A stretch of DNA of 64,000 nt from Candidatus Agathobaculum pullistercoris (GTDB lineage: Bacteria; Bacillota; Clostridia; Oscillospirales; Butyricicoccaceae), in assembly GCA_019114345.1 (NCBI GenBank), contig DXFS01000019.1, positions 6,989 through 70,988 on the forward strand, written 5' to 3'. Of this stretch, positions 26,877-35,438 are shown piece by piece. The notes under the pieces are model-generated. The model made no database searches, was not told where the DNA came from, and saw only the letters and a list, made by a program, of their open reading frames with translations. Numbering within the stretch: the first letter of the stretch is position 1; each line of letters begins with the position of its first letter. The position numbers were made by a program, and so were the translations under genes.

Positions 26877-29756
26877 TCAGCGCGCAGGCAGTTTTTTGAG
26901 TTTTTTCTTCGCCTCTTGTATAAGGGGGAGGTTCGGATCGTCCGGTGACTCGCCGGGCTGCTGCCCGGAAATGGGCGCCGGACTCGCCTGGGGCTGCTGG
27001 GGAGCGTTGAGCGGTTTCAGTTTACCCTTTGCCTGCTGCAGTGCTTCCGGAGAAACAGCCTTGTTTTTGGGAAGAGGAACCGCCTCACCTTCATCGAGGG
27101 CGTCTGGATTGTTCATCAGCTGTTCGGTCAGCTGGTTATCAGCTGCAGCCTCGGCATTGCGCTTTGCAGTTGCCGCGCGGCCCTTCTCGGTTTTGGACAT
27201 AGCAAACGCCAGCGGATTCTGCATAACCAGCTTGGCTTTACGCCAGCCGCTGAGCTTTTGGAAATCCTCCGCTTCGTTTACAAAGCTGTCGCGGGCGCGC
27301 TGGTGTTTGCGGCGCAGGGAATACCATCCGTTTTTTATGTAGTCGCCCGCGCGCTTATACCAGGGCTGGTTGGCATTGGCGGTTGCGCTGCCTTCGGGCG
27401 CGTTCGCGTCCGGCCGCTCCTTGGTGCCGGTAGCATAGTCGAATTCGTTGTAGAATTCCTTTTTCTTCTTGAATTCGTGCCACTTGATACCCGCCAGCTT
27501 GCGCTGCTCGTCGCGTTTCTTTTTGTATACCTTGTCCGCGGCACGGGCCTCCTTGCGGGCAGCTTTACGCTGCGCGCGGTCCTCCTTGGCGTTTGCCTTG
27601 GCGGCCATCTCGGCGCGCAGGCTGTCCAGCTGCGCCTTTTTTTCGGAAACATCGTGCCCGCCGTACTTATCCCCGACATTGTGGTTAATGTCATATTCCA
27701 GACGGGCTGCCTTTTTCTTCTTGAATTCGTACCACTTGATGCCCTGATCTTTAATCATCTGATCCTTTTCCGCCGAACGACGCTTGTTAGCGTCCCGGAT
27801 CTTCTGACGGTTTTCCTCGGACAGGCTGTTAAAGTGTTCGAGCGCTTTCTGTTTTTTCTCTTTTCTCTCGCGCTTGGCGATTTGCTTCTGTGCCTTTGCT
27901 TCGGCGCGTGCATGCTGGCGCTTCAGCTCGGCCTGGACCGTATGCTCTTTTTCGAACTGGTGTGCGTCGGCTGCGCCGATCTGGTCTTCCACAGAGCCGC
28001 CGCGTTCAAAGTCTGCGTTTACCTGAGCGGAGGCAGCGTCGGTATCGAGAATCTCACCTTTGTGGTTGGTGCCAATACCCATGGCGTTGGTGATGCCGCG
28101 CGCGCGTACGCCTTCCGGAGTATCCTGCGACGTGAGCTTGTTGAGCGCAGTGATGTCGCCCTGCGTTTTGTGCATGCCGGCAACCTTATTGGTTTTTGCT
28201 CCGCGCTCGCCCGAGGTGATCTGGTTGGCGATGTGCTTGGCGCGGTGGCGGATCTCGTTTTTCTTTTTTTCCGGCAGGTCGTCGCGCATACCGAGCCTGC
28301 GCTCCAGCTTGGCGCGCAGGGACAGGTTATCCAGGTTTTTCTCACGCGCTTCCTTGCGCTTCTGATCGACATGGGCATCCAGACCGACATTCACAACCGC
28401 TTTCAGAGCGGAGCCGCCGAGCTGGGTCAATTGCCCCACGCCTGGGATAAAGCCGACGGCGCCGATCCCCATATCCATGACAGCGTTCGCGCCCTTCTGG
28501 ACGCTTTCCGCTTTGCGGACCTTGGCGGCGCCTCGGGCGTTGGTCGCCATGGAGCGCAGCAGCTTGTCGTTTTTGATTTTTTCCGCGTCGCCGGATTTGG
28601 CACGCCGCTCTTCATCTTCAGCGATCATGCGGCCTGCCCGTTCGGCGGAAAGGCGGTCAGAGGTCGCGTCGTATCCTTCGATCGCGGCTTCGGTTCCCTT
28701 TGCAGCGCCATGAATGATCTGTAAGCCGTTGGCGGCGGCTCCGAGTTTGTCGCCGACAGATTCCGATACCGAACTGAATTGCCCGACGATGTTTTTAGCT
28801 GTTCCGGCGGCGTCCGAGCCCCAGTCGGCGAGGTGCTTGTTAAAGGCCAGCCCTTTCTCGAACTTGTTTTTGTTTGCATCCGTCAGATCGGCTTTCATAT
28901 CCTTCGCCGTATCATAAGTGTTCTTCACAGTGCCGATGGAACTGAAGAGCGCTGAGGCGTGCCCCATAGCGGTGGAATCATTTAATACGCCTGCTTTTTT
29001 GCCTAACTTGCCGAGCACATAGCTTTTGTCCTCCCATTGGGAGGCAAGCGCCTCTACGGTCGAGCTGAAATTGTTAAACTGGTCGGTCGCCTTCAACCCG
29101 ACGTGCAGCAGGTTTCCGCCAAGGGTGTCCCCGCCGATGCCGTCCGCGCCCAGACGGCGGTCGGTCGCAGAGGGGCGGTTCTCCGGCCCATAGGGGACAG
29201 GCTCCGGCTTGTGCCTGCGCCTGCGCCGCGCCTGTACCGGGCCGGACATGCCCGCGGATGCGCAAACTGCCGCCGCACCGGGGGTCGCAGCTGCGCCCGG
29301 GTAGATGCTCTGCCCCATGGCGGCCATCATGCCCTCACGGTCGGCGCGGGATTCGAGCGAGTGGTTCTCCAGCAGGCCGGAGCCGCGGACCTCGCCGCGT
29401 GCCTGGCTGACGACGTGGCTCAGCTCATGGCCCAGCAGCGCCTGCCCGTGCATGGAGACAAGGTCAAGCTGTCCGGGGGCAAAGGCGATATGGCTGCCCT
29501 GCGCAAGCGCGTCCGCGCCTGCGTCCGCAACCGCCTGGCTTTCATACAGCTTGACGCCCGATAGGTCGGCGCCGAACGCATTTTCCATTTTGGACTGGAT
29601 CGCCGCAGGCAGATCGACACGGCGGCCGGATTGCTCAACCTGGGACAGGTCGGTTACCCCGCGCAGCGCATCCTGCTGCGGCGCCTGGGTGGCTGCGGCG
29701 CGTCTGTGCGGCACGGCACGCGCGGAAGGCATTGCTTTCTTTTGATAGGTTTGCAT
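26877..29756 (-). CDS. DUF4157 (eCIS-core domain) effector, ~959 aa
   Basis: LPAAIQSKMENAFGADLSGVKL...ALAQGSHIAFAPG...LLGHELSHVVSQ...LESRAD then PVQA; long charged C-terminus. Confidence 0.88.
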   Translation of the reverse strand: MQTYQKKAMPSARAVPHRRAAATQAPQQDALRGVTDLSQVEQSGRRVDLPAAIQSKMENAFGADLSGVKLYESQAVADAGADALAQGSHIAFAPGQLDLVSMHGQALLGHELSHVVSQARGEVRGSGLLENHSLESRADREGMMAAMGQSIYPGAAATPGAAAVCASAGMSGPVQARRRRRHKPEPVPYGPENRPSATDRRLGADGIGGDTLGGNLLHVGLKATDQFNNFSSTVEALASQWEDKSYVLGKLGKKAGVLNDSTAMGHASALFSSIGTVKNTYDTAKDMKADLTDANKNKFEKGLAFNKHLADWGSDAAGTAKNIVGQFSSVSESVGDKLGAAANGLQIIHGAAKGTEAAIEGYDATSDRLSAERAGRMIAEDEERRAKSGDAEKIKNDKLLRSMATNARGAAKVRKAESVQKGANAVMDMGIGAVGFIPGVGQLTQLGGSALKAVVNVGLDAHVDQKRKEAREKNLDNLSLRAKLERRLGMRDDLPEKKKNEIRHRAKHIANQITSGERGAKTNKVAGMHKTQGDITALNKLTSQDTPEGVRARGITNAMGIGTNHKGEILDTDAASAQVNADFERGGSVEDQIGAADAHQFEKEHTVQAELKRQHARAEAKAQKQIAKRERKEKKQKALEHFNSLSEENRQKIRDANKRRSAEKDQMIKDQGIKWYEFKKKKAARLEYDINHNVGDKYGGHDVSEKKAQLDSLRAEMAAKANAKEDRAQRKAARKEARAADKVYKKKRDEQRKLAGIKWHEFKKKKEFYNEFDYATGTKERPDANAPEGSATANANQPWYKRAGDYIKNGWYSLRRKHQRARDSFVNEAEDFQKLSGWRKAKLVMQNPLAFAMSKTEKGRAATAKRNAEAAADNQLTEQLMNNPDALDEGEAVPLPKNKAVSPEALQQAKGKLKPLNAPQQPQASPAPISGQQPGESPDDPNLPLIQEAKKKLKKLPAR

Positions 29757-30047
29757 AGCTGTCACCCTTTTCTCGGTTGATGGGTTCTCTGCGGAAGGGG
29801 CATTATCGCGCGAAACGTTTCCGGCATGGTACAGGACAGGGCGGAAACGGCAGGAATGCACAATGCTGCGGATTATTCTATTGTCATTATAGCATAGCGG
29901 CATTTGCGGGTGTCGTGCATGTTGCTACACTTTCGGGCCGTTTGTGCGTAATTGCTTAAAACCGGATTTTTTTTCGGGTACAATCAAAACAGCGGAGGCG
30001 GGAGCCTGCGCTAAATCGGTCAGGATACCTGGTGGGGGCGTTCATCA

Positions 30048-30410
30048 ATGAAGCTGGCGGTATGCACCGCGCAGGCGGAGGAGCGAGACCGGCTGTGCGA
30101 ATGGCTTGGACAGTATTGCAGACTTTGCAGCTTGCCCATGACAGTGGAATGTATCGATACGCCGCAACAGCTGTCCCGGCAGATGCCGGGCGCGATACAG
30201 ATCGCTTATATCGGCTTTGGGAGCAGTGCGGGCTTTTTGGCTGCCCGCGCGCTTCGCGAACGCGACCGCGCCTGCCGCATCATCCTGATCGACGATACCA
30301 CACAGTATGCCATACAGGGGCTTCACCTGCATTTTGCAGACTTCATCCTGCGGCCGGTGGAGTTCCGACATGTGACGCGCAGTATGCGTCTGGCGCTGGA
30401 GCGGTTCTGA
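30048..30410 (+). CDS. stand-alone pseudo-receiver domain protein
   Basis: MKLAVC...IAYIG...IILID...YAIQG...DFILRP parallels AgrA-type REC but lacks the acidic pair and phospho-Asp, and has R in place of K. Confidence 0.72.
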   Translation: MKLAVCTAQAEERDRLCEWLGQYCRLCSLPMTVECIDTPQQLSRQMPGAIQIAYIGFGSSAGFLAARALRERDRACRIILIDDTTQYAIQGLHLHFADFILRPVEFRHVTRSMRLALERF

Positions 30411-30433
30411 AGCAAACGCGGGGAGGGCTGGTT

Positions 30434-31480
30434 TTGCAGCATGCTTGGGTAAAACGCAGGCAGAAGCAGGCGGCTCCGCCGGCGGCTTCGGAAAAGGATA
30501 CGCGCCGCCAGCTTGCCTGGGCGGCAGGCAGCGAGTATTTTGCAAACCGCGATCCGCTGTATCACGTGACGGAAAGCTTTCAGCAGACCTTCGACGAGAT
30601 TGGACGGCGCCATGCAGCTGAGATGGCCGGAGAGACCGTCGGCGGATTTGCCCGTACGGAGCAGGCTGCACAGCCGCCGGGCAGGGCGGAGGCGCAGACC
30701 GGGATGGCCAAGGACCCGCAGAAGCCCGATCCGACAAGCGCCAAAGAACTCTACCAGATGCGCTGGCCGGATAACCAGGACATGGTGCGGCGCTTTTCCG
30801 AAACGGCATTCCAGCGCGGGACGCTGGCCGGTGCGGTGATGGCGGGGACGGGCAAGATGATGCTGGTCTCCTGCCTCAAGCGTACGGTCGGGCAGTCCCA
30901 GCCGGTCCGGGAGCAGCAGCGGCGGCTGTTTGAGGGCGGTTCGCAGCAGCGCATTATCCCCGGACACGGGCCGGACAACGTGGTGTTCAACCGCGGCTTT
31001 GCGGACAGTGCGGTCGGTCTGGTGGTCGATACGCTCGCGGAGGCACGGCAGGTGGTGGAATCCATGGCCGACCTTGCGGCCGGCAAAAGCGACATGGGTA
31101 AGGAGGGCGGCGCACAGACGCTGCGCAAGATGTACCCGTTTTTGGATGACAGCCGTGAGAGGGAACTGGCAGCGCAGTACAGCGCGCGCCTGCGGGAGAG
31201 CAGCGACGCCGGGGAACGGCAGCTGCTGCAAAACGCCCATGTGCGCGTGCAGGCGCTGATCGGCAAGAAAGCCCAGATGCGAAATGAATTTATCAACAAG
31301 CTGCGCCTGATTGCGGACCGCGCGACCGAAGCGCTTACCTTATTTGAGACCCCAGGTTTTGCCGACGAGCTGGTGCAGGCGGTCAACCAGACCGAAGCGC
31401 CGCCCGAGCCGCCGGACCAGCCGGAGGGCGATGGGCAGGACAAGCCGGAAGACGGGGAGGATGGCAATGCAGCAGACTGA
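30434..31480 (+). CDS. hypothetical helical protein
   Basis: GGAGG then in-frame TTG at 30434; overlaps the next gene. Confidence 0.7.
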   Translation: MQHAWVKRRQKQAAPPAASEKDTRRQLAWAAGSEYFANRDPLYHVTESFQQTFDEIGRRHAAEMAGETVGGFARTEQAAQPPGRAEAQTGMAKDPQKPDPTSAKELYQMRWPDNQDMVRRFSETAFQRGTLAGAVMAGTGKMMLVSCLKRTVGQSQPVREQQRRLFEGGSQQRIIPGHGPDNVVFNRGFADSAVGLVVDTLAEARQVVESMADLAAGKSDMGKEGGAQTLRKMYPFLDDSRERELAAQYSARLRESSDAGERQLLQNAHVRVQALIGKKAQMRNEFINKLRLIADRATEALTLFETPGFADELVQAVNQTEAPPEPPDQPEGDGQDKPEDGEDGNAAD

Positions 31481-31883
31481 ACAGAGCGTTGCAAAAACAT
31501 CCGAGCTGCATCCCAAGCAGGAGCAGAAGGACGCTAGGCAGCAGAAAACGGAGAGCGGGCAGCAGACGCTGCTGCTGGCCCTGCGAGCCATGCAGGCGGG
31601 CGTACCGCTGACCAGTTTACCCGCTGCGATGGTGCTTGCGCTTTCCGCACAGCTGGGCAACAGCGCGCTGCTTGACCTGATGGCGCAGCAGGGGAAACAG
31701 ATCGAAACAGTCACGGCGCTTCCGCCGCCGGGTGCGGTGCAGACAGTGCCGAAGGATATTGCGGCAGCGCCCGCTGCTGCGGCAGACCCGCCCGACTGGG
31801 CGGCGATGCCCGCGGTACAGGCCGCGCCGGTCAGCCCGGCCGGACTTGCTGCACAGGGAGGTGCTCCATATGCAGGAGGATGA
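31467..31883 (+). CDS. small protein with an LxxxxGNxA motif and Pro/Ala-rich tail
   Basis: GGAGG RBS; VLALSAQLGNSALLDLM. Confidence 0.65.
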   Translation: MQQTEQSVAKTSELHPKQEQKDARQQKTESGQQTLLLALRAMQAGVPLTSLPAAMVLALSAQLGNSALLDLMAQQGKQIETVTALPPPGAVQTVPKDIAAAPAAAADPPDWAAMPAVQAAPVSPAGLAAQGGAPYAGG

Positions 31884-32265
31884 ATGCCGCAGGCTGCTGG
31901 AAGCGCTGCTGCGCGACAGCGGCGTGCAGTGGGAGCAAAGCGGCGAATGGACGCGCTTCCGCTTCCGCGAGGGTGCGATGGTGTGGGAGCTCGCCTGCCG
32001 GTGCAGGCAGGGCGAGGTGCTAGTGTACAGCCGTTATCCCATGGCTGCGTACGACCGGGCGGCAGCACTCAGCATGTGCAGCGAGGCAAACGGCGCGCTC
32101 ACGCGCGGCGCGATGTTCCTGCAGGGCGAAACGCCGGTATTCCGCATCCGTGCCGATCTGGGAGACCCCTACGGCGCGCGTGAGCGGCTGGCGGAGACGC
32201 TGGAATACAGTGCGGCGGCGATGGCCCGCTATTGGGGCGGGTTCCAGAAAGCCTGCCGCGCATGA
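31870..32265 (+). CDS. YbjN/CesT-like small protein
   Basis: GGAGGTG RBS; LVYSRYP...AALSMCSEANGALTRGAMFL...VFRIR pattern. Confidence 0.6.
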   Translation: MQEDECRRLLEALLRDSGVQWEQSGEWTRFRFREGAMVWELACRCRQGEVLVYSRYPMAAYDRAAALSMCSEANGALTRGAMFLQGETPVFRIRADLGDPYGARERLAETLEYSAAAMARYWGGFQKACRA

Positions 32266-32287
32266 CAACTTTTTTGTGCGGGATCGG

Positions 32288-32335
32288 GTTTGAGAAATAA
32301 ACCGGGCGACCCGAGGCCTGGTTTATTTCTCAAAC
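32288..32335. repeat. long inverted repeat upstream of the sheath gene
   Basis: GTTTGAGAAATAAACC ... GGTTTATTTCTCAAAC (16-bp perfect arms). Confidence 0.85.
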
Positions 32336-32432
32336 ATCCGCGAAACATAGAAGCAGACCCAAGTATTATTCAGAAAGGAGGGGAGCTTCACGGCCGGGCC
32401 CCCAGCCAACAACAATGGCGTGAAGCAAAAAC

Positions 32433-34232
32433 ATGGCAGAATATTTATCCCCAGGTGTGTATGTGGAGGAGTATGACTCAGGCGCGACCCCGATGCAGGG
32501 CGTCAGCACCAGCACGGCGGGTTTTGTCGGCCTGGCGGAGCGCGGCCCTGTGATCGGCCAGCCGCAGCTGGTCACCAGCTTTGCCGACTACACGCGCATG
32601 TATGGCGGCTACCTGAGCAAGGCAGGCTATGGCGATGCCCGTTATCTGCCCTATGCGGTCGAGCAGTTCTTCATGAACGGCGGCGCGCGCGCCTATATCA
32701 TGCGTGCAGTGCCGGGTGATGCGAAAGCAGCCAGCCTGACGACCGGCGTGCTGCGCGTGACCGCGGCGAACCCGGGCGCATGGGCGGAAAAAATGCGCGT
32801 GACCGTGGTACCGTCCAGCAAGGCGAAGACCCAGGTGTTCGATGTGGACGGCGCCGACCTGACGCTCAAGAATGCAGACGGCTTCAATGCGGGCGATGTC
32901 GTCGAACTGTTCGACGGCAAGACCACCGCGTATGCGACTATCAAGAGCGTGCTCGATAAGGTTATTACGCTGGACGCTCCCTGTACGCTGGCAGTTGCCG
33001 ACACCAAGGTCGGCACCAGCAAGTACATCCGTACCTGCGAGATCACCATCACCGCCCGTCTGGACGACACGGTGGAGACCTATGAAAACCTGTCCCTCAA
33101 GCCGGAGGCGCTCAACTATGCTCCGGTCAAGACCGCAAAGAGCGATCTGATCCGCGTTGAGGTACTGCCGGGCAAGCCGGCGGCAGCCGCTGCGCCTGCG
33201 CCTGTGGCAAAGGATGAGAACAAGGACAACAAGGATAAGAAGGACGCCCCGGCGGCGGCACCGGCTCCGGCCAAGGCTGCCGGCATTACGCCGTACGACC
33301 TGTGCGCCGGTGTGGGCGAGGGCATGGTGCTCACGCTCGAAGGTGGCAGCGACGGCTCGGTCCTGAACGTCACCCCGGACGCTTACATCGGCGCGGACGA
33401 CGGCCCGGGCAAGCGCACCGGCCTGCAGGCGTTCCAGGAGAACGGCGTGGTATCCGTGCTGGCGATCCCCGGCGTGACCTCGCCTGAGGTACAGGCGGCG
33501 CTGATCGGTTTCTGCGAGAACCGCAAGAGCTGCTTTGCTCTCCTCGATGTGCCGATGGACCTGAAAAAGACGAACGACGTTGCGACCTTCCGCGATATGT
33601 ATGACTCGACCTATGCGGCAATGTACCATCCGTGGCTGCAGATGTTCGACGCAGGTGCAAAGCGCACAGATTACTTCCCGCCCTCCGGCGCGATGGCCGG
33701 CATCTATGCCCGCAGCGACAACAGCCGCGGCGTACATAAGGCCCCGGCGAACGAGGTTGTCCGCGGCTGCACCGGCCTGTCCTGCAACTATAACGTGGGC
33801 GAGCAGGATATCCTCAACCCGATCGGCGTCAACCTGATCCGTGCGCTGCCCGGACAGGGCATCCGCGTATGGGGCGCGCGCACCATCAGCTCGAACGGGC
33901 TGTGGAAGTACGTCAACGTACGCCGCCTGTTCATCTATATCGAGGAGTCGATCAAGGCGAACACCAACTGGGTGGTATTTGAGCCCAACAGTGAGACGCT
34001 TTGGAGCCGCGTGACCCGCACGATCGAGACCTTCCTTGCGACCTGCTGGCGCGACGGCGCGCTGGCTGGTTCCAGCCCGGAACAGGCGTTCTTTGTGGAA
34101 TGCGGCCCGACGACTATGACCCAGGATGATATCGACAACGGCCGTCTGATCTGCCAGATCGGTATCGCTCCGGTCAAGCCTGCTGAGTTCGTGATCTTCC
34201 GCATCACGCAGAAGACCGCGACCGGCGAATAA
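32433..34232 (+). CDS. contractile tail sheath protein (Afp2/3/4-like)
   Basis: YLSPGVYVEE, FFMNGG, PPSGAMAGIYARSD...GVHKAPAN, VWGART, YVNVRR, VFEPN, PVKPAEF. Confidence 0.96.
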   Translation: MAEYLSPGVYVEEYDSGATPMQGVSTSTAGFVGLAERGPVIGQPQLVTSFADYTRMYGGYLSKAGYGDARYLPYAVEQFFMNGGARAYIMRAVPGDAKAASLTTGVLRVTAANPGAWAEKMRVTVVPSSKAKTQVFDVDGADLTLKNADGFNAGDVVELFDGKTTAYATIKSVLDKVITLDAPCTLAVADTKVGTSKYIRTCEITITARLDDTVETYENLSLKPEALNYAPVKTAKSDLIRVEVLPGKPAAAAAPAPVAKDENKDNKDKKDAPAAAPAPAKAAGITPYDLCAGVGEGMVLTLEGGSDGSVLNVTPDAYIGADDGPGKRTGLQAFQENGVVSVLAIPGVTSPEVQAALIGFCENRKSCFALLDVPMDLKKTNDVATFRDMYDSTYAAMYHPWLQMFDAGAKRTDYFPPSGAMAGIYARSDNSRGVHKAPANEVVRGCTGLSCNYNVGEQDILNPIGVNLIRALPGQGIRVWGARTISSNGLWKYVNVRRLFIYIEESIKANTNWVVFEPNSETLWSRVTRTIETFLATCWRDGALAGSSPEQAFFVECGPTTMTQDDIDNGRLICQIGIAPVKPAEFVIFRITQKTATGE

Positions 34233-34267
34233 ATAAAGCCCACTGCTGGCAGAAAGGACGAACATAA

Positions 34268-34747
34268 ATGGCAATCAATTATCCATATAGAGTATTTCGA
34301 TACCAGGTCGAGATCGACGGTATCAGCCGCGCGGGCTTTTCCGAGGTTTCGGGCATGAGCTCTTCGGTCGATGCGGTCGAATACCGCGAGGGCGACGACC
34401 TGCGCAACACCCCGCGCAAGCTCGCGGGCCTGACCAAGTTTGGCAACGTCACCCTGCGCTGGGGCGTATCCGACGATTCCGACTTCCTCGACTGGGTATA
34501 CTCGGTCGCGCCGACCAACACCGCGCCCCCGACCGGCATGGTGCGCCACAATGTGACCATCACCCTGATCGACGACGCAGGCAACCCGGGTCCGTCCTGG
34601 AACCTGATCAACGCGTGGCCGGTGGGCTACACCGTGCCGGACCTCAACGGCATGGGCGGCGAGGTTGCGATCCAGTCGCTCGAGCTGTGCCACGAGGGTC
34701 TCGAGCATACGCCGGGCGGCGTAGCGGGCGAGCCCTCCACGATCTGA
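34268..34747 (+). CDS. tail tube protein, T4 gp19-like (Afp1-like)
   Basis: FRYQVEIDG, GFSEVSG, EYREG, NVTLRWG, WNLINAWP, LELCHEGL. Confidence 0.95.
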   Translation: MAINYPYRVFRYQVEIDGISRAGFSEVSGMSSSVDAVEYREGDDLRNTPRKLAGLTKFGNVTLRWGVSDDSDFLDWVYSVAPTNTAPPTGMVRHNVTITLIDDAGNPGPSWNLINAWPVGYTVPDLNGMGGEVAIQSLELCHEGLEHTPGGVAGEPSTI

Positions 34748-34873
34748 TTTTCACCGCTTTGTTGTTTCGGCCAAGTGCCCCGGCTTTCCGCCGGGGCGGC
34801 CGGAAGCGCGCGGGAGGCCGCTTGACAAAGCGCCCGCGCACTTCCGACCCTTTTAACCGAAAGGAGAAGCCAA

Positions 34874-35233
34874 ATGGAAACCGAATTTGAGTTTGAACTG
34901 CCGCGCGGCTATGTCGATCAGAACGGCGACGTGCACCGCCGCGGAACCATGCGTCTGGCGACGGCGGCGGACGAGATCCTGCCCCTGCGCGACCCGCGCG
35001 TGCAGCAGAATTCCGGCTATCTGACCATCATCCTGCTCTCGCGCGTGATCACGCGGCTGGGCACGCTCAGCAGCATCAATACGCGGGTGATCGAGAACCT
35101 GTTTACCATGGATCTTGCGTATCTGCAGGACCTGTACCAGCGGATCAACATGTCCGAGCTGCCGGTCTATAAGGTGACCTGCCCGCACTGTAATCAGGAG
35201 ATCGAGGTGCCGCTGGATTTTTTGTTGAGCTAG
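34874..35233 (+). CDS. tail assembly chaperone (G/gpE-like)
   Basis: FELPRGYVD...MRLATAADEI...LLSRVITRLG...DLAYLQDLYQRIN, CPHC; follows the tube gene. Confidence 0.85.
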   Translation: METEFEFELPRGYVDQNGDVHRRGTMRLATAADEILPLRDPRVQQNSGYLTIILLSRVITRLGTLSSINTRVIENLFTMDLAYLQDLYQRINMSELPVYKVTCPHCNQEIEVPLDFLLS

Positions 35234-35238
35234 GACTG

Positions 35239-35418
35239 GTGCTGTACCCGCAGGAGCGCATGTATCAGGAGATGACGTTCCTGTCGTACTACCTGCACTG
35301 GTCCCGGGACGAGGTCATGGGCCTGAACCATCTGGAACGCCGCAGGTGGTGCAGGGAGGTCTCGGCCGTCAACAAAAAGCTCAGCAATACCGAGCAGAAT
35401 ACCTTTGAATTTCGCTGA
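35239..35418 (+). CDS. DUF6760-like ORF in the -1 frame (T/gpE'-like extension)
   Basis: LYPQERMYQEMTFLSYYLHWSRDEVMGLNHLERRRWCREVS; open from the TTTTTTG site at 35218; absent from the ORF track. Confidence 0.82.
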   Translation: MLYPQERMYQEMTFLSYYLHWSRDEVMGLNHLERRRWCREVSAVNKKLSNTEQNTFEFR

Positions 35419-35438
35419 AATAAGGGAGGCTGGTCAAT

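Noticed and set aside
30032-30433. 5' extension of the 482-aa ORF
   Set aside because: Overlaps the REC-only gene in another frame; a better start is GGAGG plus TTG at 30434.
32478-34274. 598-aa minus-strand ORF and similar long antisense ORFs across the CIS operon
   Set aside because: Mirror frames caused by codon bias of the sense genes; no RBS or domain motifs.
34822-34850. TTGACA as an internal promoter
   Set aside because: No acceptable -10 box at 16-18 bp spacing.
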